The position numbers and the translations under genes are program-made. The notes under the pieces are model-generated. The model saw only the letters and a program-made list of their open reading frames with translations. It ran no database searches and had not been told where the DNA came from. Below are positions 51,769 through 62,783 of a stretch of DNA of 64,000 bases, piece by piece (within the stretch, counting starts at the first letter, position 1; each line of letters opens with the position of its first letter). Source of the DNA: Gammaproteobacteria bacterium (GTDB lineage: Bacteria; Pseudomonadota; Gammaproteobacteria; Eutrophobiales; Eutrophobiaceae). The DNA lies in contig OZ220696.1 of the NCBI GenBank assembly GCA_965116495.1, forward strand, positions 3,328,001-3,392,000. The letters are read 5' to 3'.

Positions 51769-51807
51769 TCCTCTATACTGTCCATCTCGAACGTATTCCC
51801 CACAGTA

Positions 51808-53274
51808 ATGTCTGCTGAAACCATAATGATACAAGGCACGACGTCCGATGCCGGTAAAAGCGTCCTGGTTACCGGCTTGTGCCGCGTCCTGGCGCGTACC
51901 GGGTCATCCGTTGCCCCGTTCAAACCACAGAATATGGCGTTGAACTCCGCCGTAACCGTCGAAGGCGGGGAAATCGGCCGCGCCCAGGCACTGCAGGCCC
52001 AGGCCTGCGGCCTGGAGCCCGCCAACGACATGAACCCGGTTTTGTTGAAGCCGAATTCCGATATTGGCGCCCAGGTGATCGTGCATGGCAAGGTCGATTC
52101 AACCCTGGACGCCGTAGCATACCATGAAAGAAAACCCGCCTTGCTGCACGCCGTGATGGATTCCTATCGCCGCTTGCAGAGCCGTTATGATTATGTCGTG
52201 GTGGAAGGCGCCGGCAGCCCGGCTGAGATCAACCTGCGCGACCGGGATATCGCCAACATGGGATTCGCCGAAGTTGCCGACTGCCCCGTTATCCTGGTTG
52301 CCGATATTGACAAGGGGGGCGTGTTCGCCCACCTGGTCGGTACGCTGGCCCTCCTCAGCGAGACGGAACGGCACAGGGTTACCGGGTTTGTCATCAACAA
52401 ATTCCGCGGAGATATCGCGTTGTTGCAACCGGGGATAACGTGGCTGGAAGAAAAGACCGGGAAGCCGGTGCTCGGGGTGTTGCCTTACCTGCAGGGATTT
52501 CACCTGGATGCGGAGGATGCGATTTCCCCGGACACGGACGTGGAACCGGTGCGGGACGCTTTGAAGGTCATCGCGCCGGTATTCCCCCGCATCAGCAATC
52601 ACACCGATTTTGATCCGTTGCGCCTGCATCCGCAGGTGGATTTCAAATTCATCGGGCCGGGGCAGGCTATCCCTCCTGCCGACCTCATCATCCTGCCGGG
52701 CACCAAGAACGTTCGCCACGACCTGCAATGGATGCAGGATAACCGCTGGTTCCCGGCCGTATACCGGCACCTGCGGTATGGCGGCAAACTCCTGGGTATC
52801 TGCGGCGGATACCAGATGCTGGGCGCCGTCATTGCCGACCCCCTCGGTATCGAAGGGGAACCGGGCAGCAGTGTGGGGCTCGGACTGTTTCAGATGGAGA
52901 CGGAATTGCGGCCGCAAAAACAACTGCGCCGGGTGCGCGCCAGCCTGGCGCTGGATGATACCCCGGTCGGCGGCTATGAGATCCATGCCGGGATAACACG
53001 GGGGAATGCCCTGCAACGGCCGGCCATCCGCTTGCCGGACAGGGAGGATGGCGCAATCTCCGAAGATGGCCGGGTCATGGGTTGTTACCTGCACGGTTTA
53101 TTCGATGAAGGCGACGCTTGTGCCGCGTTGCTGAAGTGGGCCGGCCTTGAACAGGTGGAAGTGACGGACTACCGGACCCTGAGAGAGCGCCAGATCGACC
53201 GCCTCGCCGACGCGATAGAGGATAGGATCGATCTGGCCAGTATGTTTAAAAATATATCCGTCATCTGCGGATAA
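51808..53274 (+). CDS. cobQ: Cobyric acid synthase
   Basis: [44 protein letters not shown] and YLHG. Confidence 0.96.
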   Translation: MSAETIMIQGTTSDAGKSVLVTGLCRVLARTGSSVAPFKPQNMALNSAVTVEGGEIGRAQALQAQACGLEPANDMNPVLLKPNSDIGAQVIVHGKVDSTLDAVAYHERKPALLHAVMDSYRRLQSRYDYVVVEGAGSPAEINLRDRDIANMGFAEVADCPVILVADIDKGGVFAHLVGTLALLSETERHRVTGFVINKFRGDIALLQPGITWLEEKTGKPVLGVLPYLQGFHLDAEDAISPDTDVEPVRDALKVIAPVFPRISNHTDFDPLRLHPQVDFKFIGPGQAIPPADLIILPGTKNVRHDLQWMQDNRWFPAVYRHLRYGGKLLGICGGYQMLGAVIADPLGIEGEPGSSVGLGLFQMETELRPQKQLRRVRASLALDDTPVGGYEIHAGITRGNALQRPAIRLPDREDGAISEDGRVMGCYLHGLFDEGDACAALLKWAGLEQVEVTDYRTLRERQIDRLADAIEDRIDLASMFKNISVICG

Positions 53275-53317
53275 TATTTGTTTTTGCGCGCCATGTCCTT
53301 TACCATTCTTTAGTGTA

Positions 53318-53538
53318 GTCAGGTTTCCAGCCGGTGTGTTTATGCGCCGACTGGATTAACGGGAAGACTGGTGAGTTCCTGCGAACGATTCCAGCACTGC
53401 CCCCGCAACGGTGATCAGCCTGGTCCCGGACGTTACCACTGTGTTGGCCCTGGTGAAACATCCAGGTCTGGAGCATGGGAAGGTGTCCGGGACGTTGACT
53501 GGCGACAGTCAGCGCTGTCAGTCCGGAGACCGGCCTGT
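53318..53538 (+). ncRNA. Cobalamin (AdoCbl) riboswitch
   Basis: AGGT...AACGGGAA...GGTG...CTGCCCCCGCAACGGT...CCACTG...TGGGAAGG...AGTCCGGAGACCGGCC (B12 box); upstream of btuB. Confidence 0.93.
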
Positions 53539-53678
53539 ATACATCCGTCGTCCGGGATCCGATCCCGGTACGTTCAGTGACATGTTGCGGAGGGCGGCAT
53601 CGGGCATTTGTTCTGCTCCAATTCCCCTCTTTGCTGCTGTCTGAATTCGTTCACGCGACATTCTACGGGAGTGAAGAA

Positions 53679-55499
53679 ATGAAAAAGATGTATATCACGG
53701 CGCTGATTACCGGCGCCGTACTGTATGGGCCTGTGATCCAGGCTGCTTCGTATGAAGAGATTATTGTTACGGGGACGCGTTCCCCGATCGAGGCTGACAA
53801 GTTACCCGCAGCCGTTACGGTGATCAACCGGCAGGACATTGAGGAACTGCAGGTGAACTCACTGCCTGAATTGCTGCGCGGAGTAACCGGTGTCGATGTC
53901 ACGGTCAGCGGTGGTTACGGCAAAACAACAGGCGTACGCATGCGCGGGACCGAAAGCCACCACGTCCTGGTATTGGTCGACGGTGTCAGGATCGGGTCGG
54001 CAACCCTTGGGACCGCCGCTTTTCAACATTTGCCGCCGTCTTTGATAGAGCGTATAGAGATCGTGCGCGGCCCGCGTTCCAGCCTGTGGGGATCAGAGGC
54101 CCTGGGCGGCGTAATTCATATCTTCACCCGCGAGGGCTCGGGTGAGACGCCGCGTTTCAGCCTGGATGCCGGTGGCGGTTCTTTTGATACCTTCGAGGTA
54201 ACCGGCGGCGTCAGTGGCGAATATCAGGATTTCGATTACAGCGCGGCGGTTTCCTGGTTTGATTCCCGCGGGATCGATGCCAGACAGCCCACCCCCGGCC
54301 TGTTCGGTGTCGACCAGCCGGACAATGACGGCTACGACAATATTTCCGTGCATTTCCGCGGCGGTTATGAATTCGGCGATACGGGCCGGATAGAAGCCTT
54401 TATCATGAGGGCGGAAGGCGCGACAGAGTACGACGGCAACTTCCAGCATGAGACCGATTTCCTGCAACAGGTGGTGGGTGGATCGCTTTTATTCAATCCG
54501 CTGGAGGACTGGAGCACGTCTGTGCGACTGAGCGAGTCCCGGGATGGAACGGATAACTTCGCCCCGTCAGGTGATTTCTCCTCGCGTTTCGATACCCGTC
54601 GCCGGCAGTTGTCATGGCAAAACGATATCTCGTTGTTTGACACACAGTTACTGACCTTTGGTGTGGATTACCGGGATGACAAGGTGGGGAGTTCCACTGA
54701 CTATGCCCGCACAGGCAGGGATAATATCGGTATTTTCGGACAGTACGGCGTGAACTTCCACGGTCACCAGTTGATCGCCTCAGTGCGCTGGGATGATGAC
54801 CATGTGTTCGGCAGTAAAACGACGGGCGGGGCCGGCTGGAGTTACACCTGGCGCGACGCATTACGCCTGTATGCCTCCTATGGCACAGCCTACAAGACAC
54901 CTACATTCAATGAGCTGTTTTTTCCTTTTTTCGGCAACCCGGACTTGAGACCGGAGACTGCCGAATCCTGGGAAGCAGGTGTGGAGGGTCAGCACGAGCG
55001 CTATGGCTGGAGTCTCCGGGCTTACCGGACCGACGCGCAGGACCTCATCACCACCGTTTGCGATCAATTCTTTACCTGCGCGCCGGAAAACGTCAATGAA
55101 GCACAGGTTACCGGAGTTGAAGGCGAACTTTTCGTTCAATGGGAAGGATGGAATGCCATGCTGGCTATGGAATACCTGGACCCGGAGAATGAAACCTCAG
55201 GCAATCGCCTGCCGCGCCGGGTAAAGAAGAGATTGTCGTTCGACCTGAGACGGGACATTGGCAAGTTCACAATCGGCGCGCGCCTGCTGGCCGAAGGGAA
55301 TCGATTCGATAATGCCGGCAATACCATCAGGGTCAACGGGTTCACGCTAGTTGATTTGTCTGGGGAGTACCGTTTCAGCGAACGCCTGACGCTGCGCGCG
55401 AAGCTCGCGAACCTGCTCGACGAGGAATACCGGACCATCAACACCTATAACTCATTCGATCGGAATTTCTTCTTGTCGTTCCATTATCGAAGCCGGTAA
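53679..55499 (+). CDS. btuB: TonB-dependent cobalamin receptor
   Basis: Signal peptide, IIVTGTR TonB-box region, VLVLVDGVR and ERIEIVRGPRSSLWGS; downstream of the B12 riboswitch. Confidence 0.9.
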   Translation: MKKMYITALITGAVLYGPVIQAASYEEIIVTGTRSPIEADKLPAAVTVINRQDIEELQVNSLPELLRGVTGVDVTVSGGYGKTTGVRMRGTESHHVLVLVDGVRIGSATLGTAAFQHLPPSLIERIEIVRGPRSSLWGSEALGGVIHIFTREGSGETPRFSLDAGGGSFDTFEVTGGVSGEYQDFDYSAAVSWFDSRGIDARQPTPGLFGVDQPDNDGYDNISVHFRGGYEFGDTGRIEAFIMRAEGATEYDGNFQHETDFLQQVVGGSLLFNPLEDWSTSVRLSESRDGTDNFAPSGDFSSRFDTRRRQLSWQNDISLFDTQLLTFGVDYRDDKVGSSTDYARTGRDNIGIFGQYGVNFHGHQLIASVRWDDDHVFGSKTTGGAGWSYTWRDALRLYASYGTAYKTPTFNELFFPFFGNPDLRPETAESWEAGVEGQHERYGWSLRAYRTDAQDLITTVCDQFFTCAPENVNEAQVTGVEGELFVQWEGWNAMLAMEYLDPENETSGNRLPRRVKKRLSFDLRRDIGKFTIGARLLAEGNRFDNAGNTIRVNGFTLVDLSGEYRFSERLTLRAKLANLLDEEYRTINTYNSFDRNFFLSFHYRSR

Positions 55500-55522
55500 A
55501 CTGGATCACCAGGGGTAGAGAC

Positions 55523-56128
55523 ATGTCCGAAAAAATTATTAGTGCGGAAGAACACAAGCAGAAGATGCAGGCGCAGCAAAGCCAGGTGCGCGCGCGCATA
55601 GCCGAGGCGAAGACCCGGCGCGGCGTCATCATCTACCTGTACGGCAACGGCAAAGGCAAAAGCAGTTCCGCCTTCGGCACCCTGGCAAGGAGCGTGGGCC
55701 ACGGCAAGAAAGGCGCAGTCGTACAATTCATCAAGGGTAAATGGAAGACCGGTGAACAGGCGATCTTCAGGCAATTGGGGGTAGAACATCATGTAATGGG
55801 AACGGGGTTTACCTGGGATACCCAGGACCGGGCGAAGGATATCGCCGCCGCCGGGAAGGTCTGGAAAAAAGCGGCCGCGCTGTTTCAGGACCCTGATTTC
55901 GATATAGTCATACTGGATGAAGTGACTTACATGTTCAAATACGGTTACTTATCCGCTGCGGAAGTGAGTGAAGTCCTGCTTGCCAGGCCGGAAAAGCAGA
56001 ACGTCATCGTCACGGGCAGGGACGTGATCCCGGAATTGCTCGAAATCGCCGATACCATCAGTGAAGTCCGGGAAGTGCGGCATGCCTTCAACCACGGCAT
56101 CAAGGCCCAGAAGGGAATAGAATTCTAA
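55523..56128 (+). CDS. btuR: Cob(I)yrinic acid a,c-diamide adenosyltransferase
   Basis: GNGKGKSSSAFG, VQFIKG, GFTWDTQ and HAFNHGIKAQKGIEF. Confidence 0.95.
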   Translation: MSEKIISAEEHKQKMQAQQSQVRARIAEAKTRRGVIIYLYGNGKGKSSSAFGTLARSVGHGKKGAVVQFIKGKWKTGEQAIFRQLGVEHHVMGTGFTWDTQDRAKDIAAAGKVWKKAAALFQDPDFDIVILDEVTYMFKYGYLSAAEVSEVLLARPEKQNVIVTGRDVIPELLEIADTISEVREVRHAFNHGIKAQKGIEF

Positions 56129-57798
56129 CCCGACCCGGAGCCGAGCATTTCCCTGGCGTGATTCCGGGATTGCTCCGAGACCCGGATGCCGCCCAGCATA
56201 CGGGCGATTTCTTCTACCCGCTCAGCCTTACCCAGCTCGTGGACCCGGGTTTCGGTTATTTTGTCGTCGATGGTTTTTGTCACCCTGAAATGGTTATCCC
56301 CCTGCGAGGCCACCTGCGGCAGGTGGGTAACGCACAGGATCTGCCGGTCTGCAGCGAGCTTATGCAGCAGGTTGCCGACGATTTCAGCAATCCCACCTGC
56401 GATACCCGCGTCCACTTCGTCGAATATCATGGTTGCCGCGCTGCTGTCCCGGTTTGCGCCGACCTGGACCGCAAGGCTGATGCGAGAGAGTTCTCCGCCG
56501 GAGGCGACCTTTCTCAACGGCAGCAAGGCCTGGCCGGGGTTGGCAGAGACGAGGAATTCAACCTGGTTATTGCCGTTTCTGTGGGGCTTTAAATCCGGTC
56601 CGGGAGTGACGTTGATGTTTAGAGTGCCTTCAGGCATGCCCAGGGTCCGTATCCTGGCGCTGATATCTGCCGCCATCACGGTCGCGCACTCGCGCCGGCG
56701 CTCACCCAGGTTACCTGCGGCCGTCCGGTATTCTTCAAGCGATCTCTGTTGTTCCTGTTCCAGTTCCGCCAGTCGTTCGCGATTCTGTTCAATGACATCC
56801 AGTCTCAGACTTATGGATTGGTAATGAGCGAACAACAGTTGCGGCTGAACCCGGTGTTTTCGGGCCATGTCGTGCAACTGCTCCAGGCGCTGTTCCACCT
56901 TGCCCAGGTGACCAGGGTCCCGGTCCAGGCTGTGCAGGTAAGCCCCCAGCTCGGCGGCCGCTTCGCTGATATGTATCGCCGCATTTTCCAGTAGCCCGGT
57001 AATGTTTGCCAGGCCCGGATCAAACCGCTCCAGGGCGGCCAACTCTTTTTTGACGATGTTGATCCTGTCGGCTGCCGACTGTTCGCCGGCATGTAAACCG
57101 TCCAGTGCCGATTGAGCCGTTTCGAGCAGGTTGTTCATATTGGCCAGCCGCTTGTACTCGTCTTCCAGCCGGTCCACTTCGTTTTCCTCCAGTTCCAGCG
57201 CCTGTAATTCTTCCACTTGGTACTTGAGCAGTGATAAACGGTCGCCGGCTTCACCTTCCGTGTCGGTCAGCGCACTTATCTCCCGGGTCACGCCATCCCA
57301 TTTTTCAAACGCGCGGCTGACCTGGTCCGATATATCGCCATAATCGCCAAAGCCGTCCAGTAACTCCCGCTGTACGTCTCTTTTCAATAAACTCTGGTGT
57401 GCATGCTGGCCGTGGATATCGACCAGGAAGGCGCCGGCGTCACGCAGCAGTTGCAGGGGGACCGCAGCGGTATTTATATAGGCTCGGGAACGCCCGTCCC
57501 TGTTGATGATCCGGCGCAGTACCAGTTCGTTATCTGCAACGCTTATGGACTGCTCCTCCAGCAACTGCAGCAACCGTTCATCCTGTGCGATATTGAATGC
57601 GGCGCTGATCTCGGTGTGTGCGCACCCCGTTCGTATTACTGAGGTGTCCGCCCGGTCACCCAGGACCAGCCCCAGGGCGCCGATTAATATGGATTTGCCT
57701 GCGCCGGTTTCACCTGTCAGTACCGTCATACCTTCCCTGAACGATAACTCCACATTTTCTATTACTGCAAGATTGTTGATACTGAGATGCTTCAACAT
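56125..57798 (-). CDS. recN: DNA repair protein RecN
   Basis: TGETGAGKS, IHGQH, ASGGELSR and FDEVD. Confidence 0.96.
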   Translation of the reverse strand: MLKHLSINNLAVIENVELSFREGMTVLTGETGAGKSILIGALGLVLGDRADTSVIRTGCAHTEISAAFNIAQDERLLQLLEEQSISVADNELVLRRIINRDGRSRAYINTAAVPLQLLRDAGAFLVDIHGQHAHQSLLKRDVQRELLDGFGDYGDISDQVSRAFEKWDGVTREISALTDTEGEAGDRLSLLKYQVEELQALELEENEVDRLEDEYKRLANMNNLLETAQSALDGLHAGEQSAADRINIVKKELAALERFDPGLANITGLLENAAIHISEAAAELGAYLHSLDRDPGHLGKVEQRLEQLHDMARKHRVQPQLLFAHYQSISLRLDVIEQNRERLAELEQEQQRSLEEYRTAAGNLGERRRECATVMAADISARIRTLGMPEGTLNINVTPGPDLKPHRNGNNQVEFLVSANPGQALLPLRKVASGGELSRISLAVQVGANRDSSAATMIFDEVDAGIAGGIAEIVGNLLHKLAADRQILCVTHLPQVASQGDNHFRVTKTIDDKITETRVHELGKAERVEEIARMLGGIRVSEQSRNHAREMLGSGSG

Positions 57799-57862
57799 AT
57801 TGTTTCCGGAACCCGTCTCCATAGTCTCTGTGATTTCTGTATCCACAGAGACAAACAAAAAC

Positions 57863-58723
57863 CTACCCCCAGTTCAGTTTATCCCTGAGGATCTTGAAAT
57901 GGTCATGGTCCGCGGGATGGATAAGCCGTATTTTCTTGTCTTTTTTCTGTATGTTTATCTTGTCCCCCGTAACCAGTTCGCAGACGATCTCACCATCACA
58001 GGTCATGTACGCGCGGTCGATTTGCGGTGTGCCGATAATGACTTCCACCACGCTGTTGCCGTCGATTACAACCGGCCGGTTGCTCAAGGTGTGTGGGCAG
58101 ATCGGCACCAGCACCAGGGCGTTGAGCGCCGGGTGTAATATCGGGCCGCCACCGGCAAGTGCGTAGGCGGTTGAACCGGTAGGAGATGAGATGATCATGC
58201 CGTCCGATCGCTGCCTATGGAGAAAATTGCCGTTGACGAAAGTCTCAAGTTCAGTCAGTTTAGCGATATTGCCCTTCTGTATGATGACATCATTGAAGGC
58301 ATGGCTTTCCATCAGGGTTTTACCCTTGCTTTCAATTTCGCAGTGTAATTGAAAGCGTTCGTCTTCAATGTAGTTCCCGCGCAGGATTTCGTCCAGGCGG
58401 CGTATCACCGCGTTGGCGGGTATATCAGCGAGGAAACCGAGGCGGCCGCGGTTGATGCCCAGTAACGGTACATTGTAGTCGGCCAGCAGGTGGGCGGCCC
58501 GCAACATGGTGCCGTCGCCGCCTATGGCAATGGCGAGGTTGCAGTTCATGCCGAAAAGCTCCGCGTTCCCCTGGGGCAGTTTCATATTAGGCACCAGGCT
58601 GGTGGAAAATTCATCCAGCACCACCTCCCTGTCACGCTCCTGGAGATATTCTATAACCGCCTGTAAAGTATAAATTATTTCAGCAGTGCTATTATTTGTA
58701 ATAATGGCTATAGTTTTGAACAT
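57863..58723 (-). CDS. nadK: NAD kinase
   Basis: GGDGTML, GRLGFL and PTGSTAYAL. Confidence 0.96.
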   Translation of the reverse strand: MFKTIAIITNNSTAEIIYTLQAVIEYLQERDREVVLDEFSTSLVPNMKLPQGNAELFGMNCNLAIAIGGDGTMLRAAHLLADYNVPLLGINRGRLGFLADIPANAVIRRLDEILRGNYIEDERFQLHCEIESKGKTLMESHAFNDVIIQKGNIAKLTELETFVNGNFLHRQRSDGMIISSPTGSTAYALAGGGPILHPALNALVLVPICPHTLSNRPVVIDGNSVVEVIIGTPQIDRAYMTCDGEIVCELVTGDKINIQKKDKKIRLIHPADHDHFKILRDKLNWG

Positions 58724-58726
58724 TAT

Positions 58727-58753
58727 TTTGCACTAACATGGCACAAGTGATAA
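58727..58753. promoter_or_regulatory. Degenerate CIRCE element (HrcA operator)
   Basis: TTTGCACTA-N9-AAGTGATAA against the consensus TTAGCACTC-N9-GAGTGCTAA (7/9 in each arm). Confidence 0.65.
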
Positions 58754-58791
58754 ATTTTCCACCGGGATACTTTGCCACATTAAACTGAACT

Positions 58792-59850
58792 ATGCCAAAA
58801 AATCGTCGGCAGTCCGCATTTGATTTAAACGAGCGCAGTTTGTTGTTGTTTAAATCCCTGGTTGAACACTTCATCCAGGATGGTCATCCCGTGGGTTCGC
58901 GTACCCTGGCCCGGGATACGGATCTGGCTTTAAGCCCGGCGACCATCCGCAATGTGATGGCCGACCTGGAAGACATGGGTTTATTGCACTCTCCTCATAC
59001 TTCAGCTGGACGTATTCCCACGGTGCGCGGGTACCGCCTGTTCGTTGACAGCTTGCTCCGGGTTGAACAACTGCAGGAAAGGGAAGTGCAGCGCATGGCG
59101 CGGGAAATGGCTGCGGAGGCTGATGTCCAGCACCTTGTAGTGCGCGCCTCAAGTCTTTTGTCAGATATTACCAATCTGGCTGCGGTTGTCATGCTGCCCC
59201 GCAAGCGCCAGAATTCGCTTGAACACATTGAGTTCATCGCTCTTTCCGAGAACCGGATTCTTGTCATACTGGTGTTGAGCAACAAGGAGATCCAGAACAG
59301 GATCATACACACGGCGAAAACCTATTCGCAGTCACAGTTGCAACGGACTGCAAATTATCTTAACTCCATCTGTCGCGGCAAGGACCTGGATACGGTCCGC
59401 ACCGAAGTGATCAATGAGTTGAGAAAATTGAAGGAAGACGTGAATGAACTGATGCAGGCTGCCATCGAAATGGCGCAAAAGGCTTTTGTTACCCCCGATG
59501 CCGGGGATGAGGTCGTGATCTCCGGCCATACCAACCTGATGGGTGTGGCTGATCTCAGCGACCTGGAGAAACTGAAACGATTGTTCGAGAGCTTCAACCA
59601 GAAACGGGATATCCTGCACTTGCTGGAAAATGCGATCAGCGCCAAGGGTGTACAGATATTCATCGGCGAGGAATCGGGCTATGAGGTGCTGGATAACTGC
59701 AGTATCGTCACGTCTCCATACCGGGATGGGGGACAGGTCCTCGGTGTGCTGGGGGTAATAGGGCCCACCCGCATGGATTATGAAAGAGTCATCCCGGCCG
59801 TTGACGTGACCGCCAGAATTCTGGGCTCGGTCTTGAATTCTGCGGACTAG
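58792..59850 (+). CDS. hrcA: Heat-inducible transcription repressor
   Basis: PVGSRTL, SPATIRN, PHTSAGRIPT and GVIGPTRMDY. Confidence 0.96.
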   Translation: MPKNRRQSAFDLNERSLLLFKSLVEHFIQDGHPVGSRTLARDTDLALSPATIRNVMADLEDMGLLHSPHTSAGRIPTVRGYRLFVDSLLRVEQLQEREVQRMAREMAAEADVQHLVVRASSLLSDITNLAAVVMLPRKRQNSLEHIEFIALSENRILVILVLSNKEIQNRIIHTAKTYSQSQLQRTANYLNSICRGKDLDTVRTEVINELRKLKEDVNELMQAAIEMAQKAFVTPDAGDEVVISGHTNLMGVADLSDLEKLKRLFESFNQKRDILHLLENAISAKGVQIFIGEESGYEVLDNCSIVTSPYRDGGQVLGVLGVIGPTRMDYERVIPAVDVTARILGSVLNSAD

Positions 59851-59857
59851 TCCATAT
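59832..59857 (+). promoter_or_regulatory. Putative sigma32 promoter for grpE
   Basis: CTTGAA-N14-CCATAT. Confidence 0.55.
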
Positions 59858-59978
59858 CTTCTATAGCCGGTAATGCGGAGTCGCTTGCACGCGTCTGCGC
59901 AGGTACCGCCGGCGTGAGGGGCACTGAAGAGCATCCCTGACATCACCGTTTCAACAGGCAAATAACAGGTTGATTACT

Positions 59979-60596
59979 ATGGTTGAAGAAAAACAACAAG
60001 CAGGTAACGGAAAGGGTGCGGCAGAGGTTGAGGAATCTGCTGCGCTAGAAGCAGAAACCGAAGTTACCGAAGACGAGGGAGGAACGGGGGCTGAGGAGGA
60101 GACTAACGGCCTCGAACAGACGGTCCCTGACGAAGTCGCAGGCGTGATGCAGGAAAATGAACGGCTGAAAATAGAGGCGCAGGAAAGTATCGATAAAGCG
60201 CTGCGCGCCACGGCGGAACTGGATAATATCCGTAAACGCACCTCCCGCGACATTGAAAATGCCCATAAATACGGGCTGGAACGGTTTGTCAATGAATTAT
60301 TGCCGGTAGCGGACAGCATGGAACTGGGTATCAATGCTTCACAATCAGCGGAAGATATAGAGAGTTTGCGGGAAGGGATGGACCTGACCCTGAAGAAGCT
60401 TTTCGATTGCCTGGGGAAATTCGGTGTAAACGCCATTGACCCGGCCGGTGAGAAGTTCGACCCGGAGTGGCACCAGGCCGTCTCGATGCAGGAACTGGAA
60501 GGCACTGATTCAGGCCAGGTTATCACCGTTATGCAGAAAGGCTATGAGTTGAACGGGCGACTGATAAGGCCGGCCATGGTCGTGGTCGCAAAATAA
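59979..60596 (+). CDS. grpE: Nucleotide exchange factor GrpE
   Basis: AELDNIRKR, FDPEWHQA and KGYELNGRLIRPAMVVV. Confidence 0.96.
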   Translation: MVEEKQQAGNGKGAAEVEESAALEAETEVTEDEGGTGAEEETNGLEQTVPDEVAGVMQENERLKIEAQESIDKALRATAELDNIRKRTSRDIENAHKYGLERFVNELLPVADSMELGINASQSAEDIESLREGMDLTLKKLFDCLGKFGVNAIDPAGEKFDPEWHQAVSMQELEGTDSGQVITVMQKGYELNGRLIRPAMVVVAK

Positions 60597-60606
60597 TCGG
60601 AATAAT

Positions 60607-60681
60607 TGGGGTCAGAGTAAAAATAATTAATGAGCAACCTGCGTCACCTGCCAATCCAGCAGTATTTTTACTCTGACCCCA
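60607..60681. repeat. Perfect 19-bp inverted repeat (GGGGTCAGAGT REP-like doublet)
   Basis: TGGGGTCAGAGTAAAAATA ... TATTTTTACTCTGACCCCA. Confidence 0.85.
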
Positions 60682-60700
60682 CATTAAACAAACTATGACG

Positions 60701-60728
60701 CTTGATTTTCAGCACTATGGCCCACATA
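60701..60728 (+). promoter_or_regulatory. Putative sigma32 promoter for dnaKJ
   Basis: CTTGAT-N14-CCCACATA. Confidence 0.55.
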
Positions 60729-60825
60729 TACCAGTTATCCCGCGTATTGCGCCGGCGGCTGCATGGGTCGCATCGGGGTTACACACAGAAATAAAACAGT
60801 TAGGAATATCAAAGAGGCTTGAAAC

Positions 60826-62754
60826 ATGAGCAAAATTATCGGTATAGACCTGGGCACGACCAATTCCTGTGTTGCAGTATTGGAAGGCAGTCAGGCCAGG
60901 GTTATTGAAAACAGCGAAGGCGGCCGAACCACACCGTCCATTGTCGCGTTTTCCGACGACGACGAAGTCCTCGTGGGGCAGTCGGCCAAGCGCCAGGCGG
61001 TTACCAACCCCGACAAGACATTATTTGCGGTCAAACGGTTAATCGGCCGGCGTTTTGAGGACAAGGTAGTACAAAAAGATATCAATATGGTCCCGTATAA
61101 AATCGTAAAAGCGGACAACGGTGATGCCTGGGTGGACATAAAGGGCAAAAAGATGGCGCCCCCGGAGATCTCGGCGCGGGTCCTGATGAAAATGAGACAA
61201 ACAGCCGAGGATTACCTGGGAGAACAGGTCACCGAGGCGGTGATTACCGTTCCGGCCTATTTCAATGATTCACAACGCCAGGCAACCAAGGACGCAGGCA
61301 AGATTGCGGGTCTTGAGGTGCGGCGCATTATCAATGAACCAACGGCCGCGGCCCTGGCCTACGGCATGGACAAGAAACAGGGAGACTCCAGGATAGCCGT
61401 ATATGACCTGGGCGGCGGTACCTTTGACGTGTCCATCATTGAAATCGCCGAAGTGGACGGCGAACACCAGTTTGAGGTGTTGTCCACCAATGGTGACACC
61501 TTTTTGGGCGGAGAGGATTTTGACCTGCGTATCATTGATTTTCTCTGCGATGAATTTAAGAAGGACCAGGGCATCGACTTGCATAACGACCCGCTGGCGC
61601 TGCAACGCCTGAAGGAGGCCGCGGAAAAGGCAAAGATAGAGTTGTCGTCCAGCCAGCAGACCGATATAAACCTGCCTTATATTACCGCGGACGCCGGCGG
61701 CCCGAAGCATCTCAATATAAAGCTGAGTCGTTCCAAGCTCGAGACGCTTGTGGAAGACCTGGTTGATCGCACCATCAAACCGTGCCGTGTGGCCCTGGAA
61801 GATGCCGGACATTCTGCGTCGGATATCACCGACGTCATCCTGGTGGGCGGGCAGACCCGCATGCCCAAGGTGCAGGAGAAGGTCAAGGATTTCTTCAGCA
61901 GGGAACCGCGCAAGGACGTCAACCCCGATGAGGCCGTCGCGGTCGGCGCGGCGATCCAGGCCGGCGTACTGGGCGGTGACGTCAAGGATGTGCTGCTGCT
62001 TGACGTAACGCCCCTGTCACTGGGTATCGAGACCCTGGGCGGGGTGATGACCAAACTTATCGATAAAAATACGACTATCCCGACCAAGGCGCAGCAGGTG
62101 TTTTCCACTGCCGACGATAACCAAACCGCGGTGACGGTGCACGTCATGCAGGGAGAGCGTGAAATGGTCGCGGGGAATAAATCGTTGGGCCGGTTCGACC
62201 TGACGGATATTCCCCCTGCGCCCCGCGGCATACCCCAGATTGAGGTGGCATTTGATATTGACGCCAACGGAATCCTGAACGTATCGGCAAAAGACAAGGC
62301 AACCGGCAAGGAACAGTCCATCGTCATCAAGGCTTCCAGTGGTCTGTCGGACGAAGAAATAGAAAAAATGGTGAAGGACGCGGAGGCTCATGCCGAAGAA
62401 GACCGGCAGGCAAAGGAACTGGTCGAGGCCCGTAACCTGGCGGAAAATCTGATGTATTCAACGAAGAAATCCATTGACGAACTGGGCGACAAGGTTGAAG
62501 AACAGGAGAAACAGGATATCGAGGCTGCCATTGCCGACCTGGAAGAGGCCCTGAAAGGGAATGACAAGGACGCCCTAGAGGAAAAAACCCGGAAACTGAC
62601 TGAAGTAGCGGGTAAACTGGCGGAGAAGGCGTACCAGCAGGCTGCTGCTGCCGACACCGACGGCGAAGATAAGCCCGCAGGCGCGGACAACGGCGCCGGC
62701 GATGAGAACGTTGTTGATGCTGAATTCGAGGAAGTGGATGACAATAAGAAGTAG
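60826..62754 (+). CDS. dnaK: Chaperone DnaK
   Basis: [17 protein letters not shown] and VDAEFEEV. Confidence 0.99.
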   Translation: MSKIIGIDLGTTNSCVAVLEGSQARVIENSEGGRTTPSIVAFSDDDEVLVGQSAKRQAVTNPDKTLFAVKRLIGRRFEDKVVQKDINMVPYKIVKADNGDAWVDIKGKKMAPPEISARVLMKMRQTAEDYLGEQVTEAVITVPAYFNDSQRQATKDAGKIAGLEVRRIINEPTAAALAYGMDKKQGDSRIAVYDLGGGTFDVSIIEIAEVDGEHQFEVLSTNGDTFLGGEDFDLRIIDFLCDEFKKDQGIDLHNDPLALQRLKEAAEKAKIELSSSQQTDINLPYITADAGGPKHLNIKLSRSKLETLVEDLVDRTIKPCRVALEDAGHSASDITDVILVGGQTRMPKVQEKVKDFFSREPRKDVNPDEAVAVGAAIQAGVLGGDVKDVLLLDVTPLSLGIETLGGVMTKLIDKNTTIPTKAQQVFSTADDNQTAVTVHVMQGEREMVAGNKSLGRFDLTDIPPAPRGIPQIEVAFDIDANGILNVSAKDKATGKEQSIVIKASSGLSDEEIEKMVKDAEAHAEEDRQAKELVEARNLAENLMYSTKKSIDELGDKVEEQEKQDIEAAIADLEEALKGNDKDALEEKTRKLTEVAGKLAEKAYQQAAAADTDGEDKPAGADNGAGDENVVDAEFEEVDDNKK

Positions 62755-62783
62755 CCCGGATTTCTCACCTGGTAATGCGGGTT

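Noticed and set aside
52657-52681. Further copy of the GGGGCAGGC hairpin element in cobQ
   Set aside because: It has no matching upstream stem arm and encodes ordinary CobQ-like sequence ([10 protein letters not shown]).
53577-53678. Upstream start of btuB
   Set aside because: It lies in the riboswitch expression platform; the ATG at 53679 has an RBS and begins a signal peptide.
57824-57852. Intrinsic terminator between nadK and recN
   Set aside because: The 9-bp inverted repeat has no U-tract on the transcribed (minus) strand; its function is unclear.
61270-62768. Long antisense ORFs over dnaK (and similar ones over trxB, leuA, cobT, cobQ)
   Set aside because: These are shadow ORFs from codon bias opposite conserved genes.
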